Positions 46,313 through 55,141 of a stretch of DNA of 64,000 bases are shown piece after piece. Position 1 is the first letter of the stretch. Every line of letters begins with the position of its first letter. The notes under the pieces were generated by a model that was given only the letters and a program-made list of their open reading frames with translations, searched no databases and was not told where the DNA came from. The position numbers and the translations under genes were made by a program. The stretch is from the sequence record NC_106513.1; one strand, written 5' to 3'. The stretch is from Escherichia phage vB_EcoS_ESCO30.

Positions 46313-46349
46313 AACCCCAGCTATTGAATAAGTAGTCTGGGGTTTTTCT
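46313..46349 (+). terminator. rho-independent terminator
   Basis: AACCCCAG...CTGGGGTT stem followed by TTTTTCT. Confidence 0.7.
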
Positions 46350-46424
46350 GTATACAGGAAAATAGTTTATGTATAATAAAATTCATCCACATTAGGTTAA
46401 TTTAAAAGACTTAATGGAGGTAAT

Positions 46425-46772
46425 ATGAGCCGTACTTATCGTAGACAATCTGGTGATCAGTGGTGGAAGTCTAAAGAACAATTCTCTCAAGAATATTCTT
46501 TCCTTAAAGAAAATGGCTACTGGATTCGTGTTATTTATGCTAAATCCTGGGATGATGTAGAACAGGAAATGAAGGAAGCAACCATTCGTAATGAGAAAAA
46601 GGATGGTTATAACTGGAATTCTATTAGTAAGAATGTTAAGTGGCATTCTAATAAAATGGTTCGTCAAGGGAATCGTCAAGAACTCCACCGCGTGATGAAA
46701 GATCCAGAAAATGATGATTATAATCGCGATCATGACATGCGTAAGCGTGGGTTATGGTGGCGCTATGACTAA
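46425..46772 (+). CDS. hypothetical protein
   Basis: 115-aa Trp-rich ORF with GGAGG SD. Confidence 0.5.
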   Translation: MSRTYRRQSGDQWWKSKEQFSQEYSFLKENGYWIRVIYAKSWDDVEQEMKEATIRNEKKDGYNWNSISKNVKWHSNKMVRQGNRQELHRVMKDPENDDYNRDHDMRKRGLWWRYD

Positions 46773-46789
46773 ATTCTGAAATAATTCAT

Positions 46790-46818
46790 TTGCTAAACCT
46801 CTCTTTTCTTGCTATAAT
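46790..46818 (+). promoter_or_regulatory. strong early promoter
   Basis: -35 TTGCTA 46790-46795, 17 bp, -10 TATAAT 46813-46818. Confidence 0.7.
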
Positions 46819-46848
46819 ATGTTTATAAATTGATGAGAGAGGTTTGAA

Positions 46849-47130
46849 ATGAAAACTCGTCTAGACTGTGCTGTTCATGTTCTTGAACATGATGTTGCGG
46901 GAACCTGTATGTCTTACCACGAAGCAGGTCGTTTAATTAAAGAACGTGTGGCAGATGTGTGCGGATTGAAGATTACTGCTGAGGAAGCTGATGATCTTTT
47001 AGGTCAAGCACTGGAGAAAACCGAAATGTTTCTCTGCGATTCTTGTTCTTGGTGGTGTGAAGCTCACGAACGTTCTTTCAACGATTATGATGTATGTCGT
47101 GATTGTAGTGGGGAGGATGAAGATGAATAA
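46849..47130 (+). CDS. hypothetical Cys-rich protein with acidic tail
   Basis: 93 aa, ends ...CRDCSGEDEDE. Confidence 0.5.
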   Translation: MKTRLDCAVHVLEHDVAGTCMSYHEAGRLIKERVADVCGLKITAEEADDLLGQALEKTEMFLCDSCSWWCEAHERSFNDYDVCRDCSGEDEDE

Positions 47131-47422
47131 GTTTATTATTGCACTGATGATCTCCGCAGTTAGTTTCGGTTCTCTGGCGTCTACCAAAGTTTCTATGAAA
47201 AATGGTAATGTTAAAGTCCAACAGAACGGCATTATTACAGAGTATGGTAAAGTTCGTGATGTTAAGGAACGTAATGGTAAAGTAGAAATATATACTAATA
47301 AAAACTTCTCTACTCCGGCTGTTACTGTTAGCAAACGTGGTGAGATAACTACTCAACGTACTAATAGCTCTAGTTCTTTTACTTGTCGTTATGATTGCGA
47401 CTTCGAAGGTGAAGATGAATAA
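47123..47422 (+). CDS. hypothetical secreted protein
   Basis: ATG 47123; signal peptide MNKFIIALMISAVSFGSLAS; ends ...CDFEGEDE (track start 47057). Confidence 0.5.
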   Translation: MNKFIIALMISAVSFGSLASTKVSMKNGNVKVQQNGIITEYGKVRDVKERNGKVEIYTNKNFSTPAVTVSKRGEITTQRTNSSSSFTCRYDCDFEGEDE

Positions 47423-47810
47423 TTTAGATCCTAGAATTAAATTTGCAATTACAGAAATCCAAGATCAAATTGATGAGGACTTCACTGTTTGGTCAAGGTC
47501 CGGTAATGGGGAATACTGCCAGCTTTATAGCATGAAAATGGGCATTTCAATCGAGCTTAACATTAACTCTGAAGGTAGAGTAGAAGCCCAACCACTATTC
47601 AGTGTTCCAGGCTTCTCTGGATTTGTTGCAGGTATGAAATTGTGTCTACCAAATAACCATCTTCATCGAGTTATTTGTCAGCTAGAGACTATTAAACATT
47701 TCTTGCCAGAAGGTAACATTAATGACTACTACCATGAAGTTGTAGCAGCTCATATGATGAAAGAACGCAAACGTCGGAGAGAAGAACGTGAAAAAGCTAA
47801 ACATCAATAG
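47415..47810 (+). CDS. hypothetical protein
   Basis: ATG 47415 in a GAAGATGAATAA junction like the previous gene (track start 47391). Confidence 0.45.
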   Translation: MNNLDPRIKFAITEIQDQIDEDFTVWSRSGNGEYCQLYSMKMGISIELNINSEGRVEAQPLFSVPGFSGFVAGMKLCLPNNHLHRVICQLETIKHFLPEGNINDYYHEVVAAHMMKERKRRREEREKAKHQ

Positions 47811-48084
47811 CACAGTGCAGATTCCAGCAACTAAGGACATCTTAACATTCCTGCGTAGTGAGAATACACAATTTTGGCATGACTATATTCAGGAAAATAA
47901 AAATAATCCAGATATAGTGGCTTTTGCCAAAACCCGTATTGGGGAATACAAAGATCCAGAAATTAAAGATGGCATGATTACTATGCAGTTATGGATAGCC
48001 ATGAAAACATTTGGACCTACTATGAGTTTAGGATTTGCCCCTCTGTTTACTAATATTCTAATTAATGAAAAGGATCTGAAATGA
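47788..48084 (+). CDS. hypothetical protein
   Basis: 98-aa ORF, GTG start. Confidence 0.4.
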   Translation: MKKLNINSTVQIPATKDILTFLRSENTQFWHDYIQENKNNPDIVAFAKTRIGEYKDPEIKDGMITMQLWIAMKTFGPTMSLGFAPLFTNILINEKDLK

Positions 48085-48365
48085 TTGTTTCTCCATTTGC
48101 TCTTTGGTTCGTCATCGGCTCTGTGGTTGCTATTTATAGTCTAATAGATGATTTATTCATCTCCAAGAATAGAGATGTGATCTTATATGTTGTACATAAA
48201 ACACGTCCATCAGACCTAGCACCTCTTGATGATAAAACGTTGCTCAGGTGTGCTAGATCTGCAATATTTATTATAGACATTCTTTTAGGCCCAACATCTG
48301 TATTTTTCTATTACCGAAAAACTCGTAATATGAAAAAATTTAAAGCAGAAATGCAGAATAACTAA
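48081..48365 (+). CDS. hypothetical membrane protein
   Basis: N-terminal hydrophobic helix. Confidence 0.45.
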   Translation: MIVSPFALWFVIGSVVAIYSLIDDLFISKNRDVILYVVHKTRPSDLAPLDDKTLLRCARSAIFIIDILLGPTSVFFYYRKTRNMKKFKAEMQNN

Positions 48366-48475
48366 AGAACTCGCGTAGGACCGAGTTGCGTCACCTGCAA
48401 CTGTTACGGATAAGGGAGTCGTGCCCCTTAGTGCGGTAAGTGGTGAGTTGGTCGCTGACCTTAACTGGAGATGAT

Positions 48476-48820
48476 ATGACTATAGTATTAATTCTTGTTA
48501 CCACTTGGTTTTTAATTGGTGCTGGGTATGCAGTAGCCATACTTAGACACTTAGATGAATATTCTGCTGAATGGTTCATTAAACACCTTCGTATAGACAA
48601 CAAGGATCACGAGTTTGAAAACGAAAAACAAAGAAAAGCAGTTGAAGAAATGACAGGCGAAGAATGTTTATTCTATATGCGTGCAATAGGATTCTTAGGA
48701 TTATTTAGTGCTGGCCCACTAGGTTTTACCATAGCTCCTTATAAAGAAACAGTAGACGATATTAAGTTATGGAGAAATGCAGGGGTACTACGCAAAGCTA
48801 GAGAAACTAATATTACATAA
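48476..48820 (+). CDS. hypothetical membrane protein
   Basis: ATG 48476 after GGAGATG; two hydrophobic helices (track start 48440). Confidence 0.45.
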   Translation: MTIVLILVTTWFLIGAGYAVAILRHLDEYSAEWFIKHLRIDNKDHEFENEKQRKAVEEMTGEECLFYMRAIGFLGLFSAGPLGFTIAPYKETVDDIKLWRNAGVLRKARETNIT

Positions 48821-48864
48821 GATTGACACTAAGTCAACTTACTAGCAAAAGCAAATAATGACAA

Positions 48865-48899
48865 AGCCCAGCCTGCACTTTTGCGACTGGGCTATTTTT
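48865..48899 (+). terminator. rho-independent terminator
   Basis: AGCCCAG...CTGGGCT stem followed by ATTTTTG. Confidence 0.55.
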
Positions 48900-48914
48900 G
48901 TAATAAAATTTTAG

Positions 48915-48943
48915 TTGCATAGATGCCCAAACTTTTGTATAAT
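48915..48943 (+). promoter_or_regulatory. early promoter
   Basis: -35 TTGCAT 48915-48920, 17 bp, -10 TATAAT 48938-48943. Confidence 0.65.
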
Positions 48944-48974
48944 ATATTCATAGATTGAGGCAAGAGGATTAAAT

Positions 48975-49673
48975 ATGAGGATCATTTCTAAATTCGCAGA
49001 TGTGTATGATTTGCAGAACAGTTTGTTTGACCCCGATCGTGTTTGGGAGCGTAAAACTGAAGAGTTACTGGTTAAGGTAACTGATGACGCAGAAAAGAAC
49101 ATTGTACATACTCGCCAAGTATTTCGTGAAGGTTCACTATCTTTCCGTGGCGACTTCGAATACTTTGTAAACCCACTGTTTGTTGCAGGTGAAGTTTACT
49201 GGCTACACGAGTTGTACTGCCGGCATCCAGCGTTTAGCTTTAAAACGTTCGACCTCGACACTATGTTCGATAAAATGGAAGAGATGGGGTTGCATGCTCG
49301 CTCCTACTTAATGGATAAGAGTCGTGGAGATGTTCGTGAAACAATGCGTGATTTGCTCGTTGAAGCAAAACCTAAAGCAGAACGTATCTTGTCCGAACTG
49401 CGTGTACCGATTGCATATGTGAAAGGTATCAAGAAGAACGATAACGATGATGTTCGTAACTTCGTGATTCAGACTAACATTCGTTTCCATCAGTCAGGTA
49501 TTCCGTGGCAGGAAATTGAAAGTAACTTATACCGTTTGCACCAAGTTCTCGAACAGTATATCTTCGGTGTACTAGGAACTGGTGAGCCTGATATGATTAC
49601 TGTATCAGATAAAGACCGCCTAGCAGCACATGGATTTGATACGGTTACGTCATTCAGGAATATGAAAAGATGA
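48975..49673 (+). CDS. hypothetical protein
   Basis: 232-aa ORF with GAGGATTAAAT SD. Confidence 0.5.
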   Translation: MRIISKFADVYDLQNSLFDPDRVWERKTEELLVKVTDDAEKNIVHTRQVFREGSLSFRGDFEYFVNPLFVAGEVYWLHELYCRHPAFSFKTFDLDTMFDKMEEMGLHARSYLMDKSRGDVRETMRDLLVEAKPKAERILSELRVPIAYVKGIKKNDNDDVRNFVIQTNIRFHQSGIPWQEIESNLYRLHQVLEQYIFGVLGTGEPDMITVSDKDRLAAHGFDTVTSFRNMKR

Positions 49674-50113
49674 TAAAAAACTTTATTAGTTCTCTATGGC
49701 AAGGTAAATGGTATATCCTGGGAGCTGGTTTGGCGATAGGCATCGGATTCGGTGCTTATCACCTAGTAAATAAGGTTGAGACTCTATCAGGTGATCTTGC
49801 AGTAGCTACTAAAAAGATCTCTTCTCTAGAAACCTCCTTAAACAAGATTAAAGTTGAAAGTGAACAACGTGAAACACGTATGAATCAATATTTCACTTTC
49901 CATAATATTTCTCAACAAGATCTTGATAAGAAGATCTCCCAGCTTGATAAAGCACTTAGTCGTCAAGATATTATAGCTGCAAAGCCTGGATTGGTAACAT
50001 TAATTGCTAAAAAGCAGAGTAAAGAGTTCGAGGAAAGATTAGCATGTTTAACTGGAAGCTTGGAATACTGCTCGCAGCCGCAATCACCGTCACAGGCTGT
50101 GCAGAAACGGTAG
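49670..50113 (+). CDS. candidate i-spanin (Rz-like)
   Basis: N-terminal TM helix YILGAGLAIGIGFGAY then coiled-coil-like periplasmic part; 3' end overlaps next ORF. Confidence 0.45.
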   Translation: MIKNFISSLWQGKWYILGAGLAIGIGFGAYHLVNKVETLSGDLAVATKKISSLETSLNKIKVESEQRETRMNQYFTFHNISQQDLDKKISQLDKALSRQDIIAAKPGLVTLIAKKQSKEFEERLACLTGSLEYCSQPQSPSQAVQKR

Positions 50114-50397
50114 TACCAGAGCCGTCACATGAGTTAAAGCAAGCCCATGTGGATTGGCCTAAAGGACTTCAGCCTTGTAGCTTTGATTTCAAATTCGAAA
50201 AGAAATTAGCTACAAATGGCGAAGATGGCGTAGTAGTTGTTGTACCATATAAAGACTGGAATATGTTGGCAAAATGCCGTGAGGCAGAATATTCATATAT
50301 CTCACGATTGACTAGTATGGTTTGCTTCTATCGCCAAGATTTACAAGAAAAACGTTGCTTAATTTACTATCCACCCATTAACAATAGGAAAGATTAA
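50044..50397 (+). CDS. candidate o-spanin (Rz1-like lipoprotein)
   Basis: Lipoprotein signal LLAAAITVTGC (lipobox Cys); starts inside 3' end of previous ORF in another frame. Confidence 0.45.
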   Translation: MFNWKLGILLAAAITVTGCAETVVPEPSHELKQAHVDWPKGLQPCSFDFKFEKKLATNGEDGVVVVVPYKDWNMLAKCREAEYSYISRLTSMVCFYRQDLQEKRCLIYYPPINNRKD

Positions 50398-51149
50398 TGT
50401 CAGTATTAGTAGGTTTACATGGCGAGGCAGGTGCAGGAAAAGACACTGTTGCAAAATTAATTATCGATTGGTGTAATGACACGTATCCAACGTGTTTACC
50501 TCGTCGTTACAGTTTTGCTAAGCCCGTTTATGAACTTGCATCCGTAATCCTCGGTGTAACTCCAGAGTTTCTAGGAGAGCGCAGGGGGAAAGAGATTAAC
50601 CAATGGTTTACGGTCACACAATCTCAATTGGAGCGAGCTAGAGACGTATGGTTTAAATACGGTATCGATAAGTTTGAAGACTTCTCGTACGTTTGGCCGA
50701 TTTTTGAGGAAAAATATCTTAATCCTCAACAACTTATCTCAGAGAATAAAGAAGACGGACTTTATAGTTTATTTATTTCTCCGAGAAAAATGTTACAGCT
50801 CGTAGGAACAGAGCTAGGAAGGCAGCTGGTACATGAACGCATTTGGCTCATAATTCTGGAGCAATCCATCGCTAAAGACGACCCAGATGTCGCCGTAATA
50901 ACAGATGTGAGATTCCCCAATGAAGGAGAGTTACTCAGAGAAACGAACCATTTAGATATGGATTCTTTACTAGTAAATGTAGTGCCCGCTGAGCAGAAGT
51001 TCACTATTAAATCAGATCATCCATCTGAAAGTGGTATTCCTGCAAAATATATCACTCACGAATTAGTTAATAAATTCGATGGTATCAATAACCTTAAACT
51101 AGAAGTGTATAACTTCTGTGACTTAGAGCTAGAACCACTAGTTGGATAA
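50397..51149 (+). CDS. dnk: deoxynucleoside monophosphate kinase (P-loop)
   Basis: P-loop GLHGEAGAGKDTVA at N-terminus; 250 aa. Confidence 0.6.
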   Translation: MSVLVGLHGEAGAGKDTVAKLIIDWCNDTYPTCLPRRYSFAKPVYELASVILGVTPEFLGERRGKEINQWFTVTQSQLERARDVWFKYGIDKFEDFSYVWPIFEEKYLNPQQLISENKEDGLYSLFISPRKMLQLVGTELGRQLVHERIWLIILEQSIAKDDPDVAVITDVRFPNEGELLRETNHLDMDSLLVNVVPAEQKFTIKSDHPSESGIPAKYITHELVNKFDGINNLKLEVYNFCDLELEPLVG

Positions 51150-51161
51150 TCAAGGATCGCT

Positions 51162-51761
51162 ATGACTAATAAAAAAGAAGAAAAGACTAACCTGTTTCAC
51201 TCCATTCGCCAATCTAACGAGTATACCTTTTTCTTTGATGAAGAACTTGGTCCGCCGGATGAATACCGTGATTTATCAATGGTACTTATGCAGGCAAATG
51301 AGGACGACGAAATTAATCTGATGATTAATGGCCCTGGTGGTTATGTTGATACTGCTGCACAGTTATCTAACTTAATTGCTAATTGCCGTGGAACAGTTAT
51401 AGGACACCTGATTGGTCCTAGTGCTTCTGCTTACTGCACAATTTTCCTATCTTGTCATGGATGGGTAGTACATCCACATGCTACGCTAATGGGACATACG
51501 TTCTCTGGCGGGTTCTGTGAGAAAGGTCAAGAAATCAAGAAAGCCTATGAATCTTACAACAAGTTCGTAGAAGATATGATGCTAGATGTCTACTATCCGT
51601 TCTTCTCAATAGATGAAATCGACGAGATGGTAAAAGACAACAAAAATATCTATCTAGATAGCAAGGAAATTCATAAGCGTATTGAAATCTTGGCAAAATA
51701 TCGATCTGAGCAATATAATAAAACGCAGTTACCTCAATCCGAGGAGCACAACGAAGAGTAA
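51162..51761 (+). CDS. ClpP-like serine peptidase family protein
   Basis: INGPGG motif and GPSASAY Ser region. Confidence 0.5.
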   Translation: MTNKKEEKTNLFHSIRQSNEYTFFFDEELGPPDEYRDLSMVLMQANEDDEINLMINGPGGYVDTAAQLSNLIANCRGTVIGHLIGPSASAYCTIFLSCHGWVVHPHATLMGHTFSGGFCEKGQEIKKAYESYNKFVEDMMLDVYYPFFSIDEIDEMVKDNKNIYLDSKEIHKRIEILAKYRSEQYNKTQLPQSEEHNEE

Positions 51762-51770
51762 GTAATTTTA

Positions 51771-51802
51771 AGCCAGGGTTTAACGACCCTGGCTTTTCTT
51801 TT
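51771..51802 (+). terminator. rho-independent terminator
   Basis: AGCCAGGGT...ACCCTGGCT 9-bp stem followed by TTTTCTTTT. Confidence 0.75.
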
Positions 51803-51864
51803 ATCTAAAATTCTTCTTGACAACGACATAATTTTATGCTCCAAATGTAACATTTAAAAACCCA

Positions 51865-51893
51865 TTGAAATTTTCCTCCAAAATTAGTATAAT
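51865..51893 (+). promoter_or_regulatory. promoter of lysis cassette
   Basis: -35 TTGAAA 51865-51870, 17 bp, -10 TATAAT 51888-51893. Confidence 0.6.
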
Positions 51894-51918
51894 GGTACTG
51901 GTTAGAGGAGGTTACAAA

Positions 51919-52575
51919 TTGGAAAAGTTCTTACAATTATTAACAGTACTGCTCCAAGAAGCGAAAGACCCAGCATCGCTTCTTAAACGTCTGCTAACTA
52001 TCTTAGTTGCTGTCATTATTTTCTTATTTGTTAGTAATACTAGTGAAGTGATGTCATTCTTAAAGACTTTTTCCACGTCTGCAGTTTTACAGGATTTACA
52101 AACCCAGAGGATAGATAACTTCCCTAATGTGGCGAGGGAAAAGAGCATGGTTCTCTTCTCTCAGACGGGTGCAGATGCTGTTTTTGTAGTCAAGTATAAA
52201 CCAGATGCTATCAATGATTATTCCAATATTATTGCATGGGAAAGTAATGCGCAATTAGATAGGGCTGACTTGGCCGATAAAGCGGTAAATAAAACGTCTG
52301 AATTATACAGACGTCATTTAGAGGGCTTTAACTACGCATCGGATTTAAGTGTAAGAGTAAATAAATATATGGGGTTAAATATACCTGCGTTTAAAAACGT
52401 TACTTTTAATTACATATACACTTGTCCATACTTCAATCTAAAAAATATCTATGCTGGGTACATTGGTATTGCTTGGAAAGATAATCCGGTAGATACAGCT
52501 GATTCCGAACAGTTCAAGGAATATTTAGCAAAGCTCTGTTCCCCACAACAGAGATCTTTAGGTAGGTCAATATGA
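51919..52575 (+). CDS. putative holin
   Basis: TTG start at 51919 after GAGGAGG SD; TM segment LTILVAVIIFLFV; stop overlaps endolysin start (track start 51865 lies in promoter). Confidence 0.5.
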   Translation: MEKFLQLLTVLLQEAKDPASLLKRLLTILVAVIIFLFVSNTSEVMSFLKTFSTSAVLQDLQTQRIDNFPNVAREKSMVLFSQTGADAVFVVKYKPDAINDYSNIIAWESNAQLDRADLADKAVNKTSELYRRHLEGFNYASDLSVRVNKYMGLNIPAFKNVTFNYIYTCPYFNLKNIYAGYIGIAWKDNPVDTADSEQFKEYLAKLCSPQQRSLGRSI

Positions 52576-52985
52576 GTTTTAAATTTGGTAAAAATAGTGA
52601 AAAACAATTAGCTACCGTTAAGCCCGAGCTACAAAAAGTAGCTCGTAGGGCTTTAGAACTATCTCCGTATGATTTCACAATCGTGCAAGGTATTCGTACA
52701 GTAGCACAAAGTGCCCAGAACATTGCTAATGGTACTTCATTTCTAAAAGATCCTAGTAAAAGCAAACATATTACTGGGGATGCTATTGATTTTGCTCCAT
52801 ATATTAATGGCAAAATTGATTGGAATGACTTAGAAGCATTTTGGGCAGTTAAAAAGGCTTTTGAACAAGCTGGTAAAGAGCTAGGCATTAAACTTCGTTT
52901 TGGTGCTGATTGGAATGCTTCGGGAGACTATCACGATGAAATAAAACGTGGTACCTATGATGGCGGTCATGTCGAACTAGTTTAA
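52572..52985 (+). CDS. lys: endolysin, L-alanyl-D-glutamate peptidase type
   Basis: 137 aa; HITGDAIDF and GGHVELV metal-binding His/Asp pattern; follows holin. Confidence 0.75.
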   Translation: MSFKFGKNSEKQLATVKPELQKVARRALELSPYDFTIVQGIRTVAQSAQNIANGTSFLKDPSKSKHITGDAIDFAPYINGKIDWNDLEAFWAVKKAFEQAGKELGIKLRFGADWNASGDYHDEIKRGTYDGGHVELV

Positions 52986-52996
52986 TTAATAACTTA

Positions 52997-53019
52997 GGCG
53001 GGAATATTCCCGCCTTTTT
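52997..53019 (+). terminator. rho-independent terminator
   Basis: Perfect palindrome GGCGGGAATATTCCCGCC followed by TTTTT. Confidence 0.8.
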
Positions 53020-53062
53020 AGGCAAAGGGGGCTTTAATAATTTTTGAAGATAGGAGAAAGCC

Positions 53063-53479
53063 ATGTTTGCAGAACTATTCACTATGATGCTGCTAGGTAT
53101 CTGGAAAATAAGTCTAGTAGTATTCGTTTTAATGATAGTCTTTACTATCATTGCATTAACTACCCGAAATAGCTTATTAATAAAGGTTATTCACGGACTA
53201 GAGTATATAATTATGGGTTCATTCGGCGTTTGTAAATGCAATTGCCATAGAGATACGAAATATTGTTGGTTATGGATGGAACTAGAGAATCCTATATCCA
53301 TAGCTTTGGCTGTTTCATTCGGTATGATTCTTATGGCCCTTACTCTAGCATTAATACCTTTGATGTTAGCTGGGGGAGTTACAGCGTATTTCACCCTTTT
53401 CTCCCCGATACTTATGTACTCAATTTACCCAATAACTATGTATCTAGTTAGGAAAAGATTTATACATGCAGTAGATTAA
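53063..53479 (+). CDS. hypothetical polytopic membrane protein
   Basis: 138 aa, several hydrophobic helices. Confidence 0.45.
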   Translation: MFAELFTMMLLGIWKISLVVFVLMIVFTIIALTTRNSLLIKVIHGLEYIIMGSFGVCKCNCHRDTKYCWLWMELENPISIALAVSFGMILMALTLALIPLMLAGGVTAYFTLFSPILMYSIYPITMYLVRKRFIHAVD

Positions 53480-53492
53480 GATAAAAAAGTAG

Positions 53493-53521
53493 TTGACTTT
53501 TAGCCCTAGTTATTGTATAAT
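53493..53521 (+). promoter_or_regulatory. near-consensus sigma70 promoter
   Basis: -35 TTGACT 53493-53498, 17 bp, -10 TATAAT 53516-53521. Confidence 0.7.
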
Positions 53522-53554
53522 ATATACATAAATTAGTTAAGAGAGGTATATAAT

Positions 53555-53983
53555 ATGTCTGATCGTTTCTACACTCAAATGGCGGAACATTTTCGTATAC
53601 CACATTACGAGCTAAACATTGCACTCCGCGATCATGATTCTCCTGAGTACAAAAAGCTCGAAAAGAAAGCGGAAAAATCTATTGATACAAAGGTAGGTGC
53701 TCCTATGTCTAAAGGCAAAAAGTTAACTCGTCTTGATCTTAATAAAATTTTAACTGAACTTTTGGGTACTGATATTGAAGGTGCTAAATTACCACTTCTA
53801 GTACTAGAGACTATGATTAAAAAGGTCAAAAATAAAGAGTATAAGAAGGTAGAAGTCCCAGAAGGCAGATTAAAGGCTCCTTATCAGGAAGCATTAACCG
53901 AGTGTTTGGGTGTAAATCTTGATCTGAGCACCGCAACTGTTAAGTGCATGAAAAATTTCTTAGAAGCTATTAATAAACTATGA
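53555..53983 (+). CDS. hypothetical protein
   Basis: 142-aa Lys-rich ORF. Confidence 0.5.
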   Translation: MSDRFYTQMAEHFRIPHYELNIALRDHDSPEYKKLEKKAEKSIDTKVGAPMSKGKKLTRLDLNKILTELLGTDIEGAKLPLLVLETMIKKVKNKEYKKVEVPEGRLKAPYQEALTECLGVNLDLSTATVKCMKNFLEAINKL

Positions 53984-54510
53984 TTACACAGGATACTCTT
54001 AAACAGATGTTCAATTACGACCCTGAAACGGGAATCTTTACATGGAAAGTAAGTAGAGGACCGAAAAAGAAGGGCGATATAGCAGGAACACTCACTAAAG
54101 ATGGATACATTAGAATAACCGTTAATAAACGCCCTTATTATGCGCAGCAATTAGCATGTCTATACATGACTGGAGAATGGCCAGAGCATGAGATGGACCA
54201 TGAAAATCGCATAACCTATGATAATAGGTGGTGTAATATTCGTAATGCTACTAAACAGGAAAATCTAAGAAATAGGAAAGCATGGAGTAAATCCGGCTAT
54301 TTAGGAGTTTCATGGAATCGAGGTAAGTGGCAAGTCTACGTCGTGAACTCAAATGGAGAAAGTATATCAGGCGGGCGTTTTGAACATAAAGATTTAGAAT
54401 TGGCAGTTAAATCAGCCAATACTTTAAGACAAAAACTACACGGAGAGCGTGCTGTTTTAGAGGTATTTAATGGAGTTATTCCAAGTATTGAGGATTTAAA
54501 TAATGAGTAA
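53980..54510 (+). CDS. HNH homing endonuclease
   Basis: AQQLACLYMTGEW...DHENRI...NRW motif. Confidence 0.8.
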   Translation: MITQDTLKQMFNYDPETGIFTWKVSRGPKKKGDIAGTLTKDGYIRITVNKRPYYAQQLACLYMTGEWPEHEMDHENRITYDNRWCNIRNATKQENLRNRKAWSKSGYLGVSWNRGKWQVYVVNSNGESISGGRFEHKDLELAVKSANTLRQKLHGERAVLEVFNGVIPSIEDLNNE

Positions 54511-54796
54511 TAAATTAGTATATCTATTGAAAGGTTCTACTTGCAATCCTTGCAAAATGTTTGAGCCAGTATTTGATAAAGTAGTCAGTGACTATAATTT
54601 GGAAATCCATAAAGAGACTGATAATACAGAATTAATGCAGAAATTTGGTGTGCGCCAAGTTCCTGTAGTAGTTCTGGCGGATCGCTTACCTAATGGTCGA
54701 GTAGAAGCTAATCATATTTTGATTGGACGTCAGCTTCGTAAAGAAACTATGCACGAAGCTATTAAAAATTTCCTGGATGATAATCCAGAGGACTAA
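54503..54796 (+). CDS. thioredoxin/glutaredoxin-like protein (CxxC)
   Basis: CNPC redox motif near N-terminus; 97 aa. Confidence 0.55.
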   Translation: MSNKLVYLLKGSTCNPCKMFEPVFDKVVSDYNLEIHKETDNTELMQKFGVRQVPVVVLADRLPNGRVEANHILIGRQLRKETMHEAIKNFLDDNPED

Positions 54797-54802
54797 TAAA
54801 CA

Positions 54803-54835
54803 AAGCCTGATCTTAGCTGATCAGGCTTTTATTTT
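54803..54835 (+). terminator. rho-independent terminator
   Basis: AAGCCTGATC...GATCAGGCTT 10-bp stem followed by TTTATTTT. Confidence 0.8.
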
Positions 54836-54837
54836 AC

Positions 54838-54866
54838 TTGCTTTTTGCTAAAAATTTTGGTATAAT
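54838..54866 (+). promoter_or_regulatory. strong early promoter
   Basis: -35 TTGCTT 54838-54843, 17 bp, -10 TATAAT 54861-54866. Confidence 0.7.
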
Positions 54867-54893
54867 AGTTATATAAATTGATTGGAGGATTAA

Positions 54894-55139
54894 ATGTTAG
54901 CGGAACAAGCAAAACGTTTAGCCAGGATAAATAGAGCCGCGTCCCTTAAGAGCCGAAAGAAAACGTATAGATGGGTTAAGCGGAGGATAGTATCTTCTGT
55001 AGAGATTGGGGGTTCTTTTGTACAGCTTAATCGTGACGAAATTAGTTATGAAGCTATAAAAGCCCTCTATAAAGAGGGTTATACTCTCCAACTATCTAAT
55101 GATTATGGCACAACTATTTTAACTGTTATTTGGGAATAA
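54894..55139 (+). CDS. hypothetical protein
   Basis: 81-aa ORF with GGAGG SD. Confidence 0.45.
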   Translation: MLAEQAKRLARINRAASLKSRKKTYRWVKRRIVSSVEIGGSFVQLNRDEISYEAIKALYKEGYTLQLSNDYGTTILTVIWE

Positions 55140-55141
55140 TT

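Noticed and set aside
46360-46380. Possible promoter before the gene at 46425
   Set aside because: A TATAAT hexamer is present but no acceptable -35 at 16-18 bp; transcription more likely reads through or uses a non-canonical element
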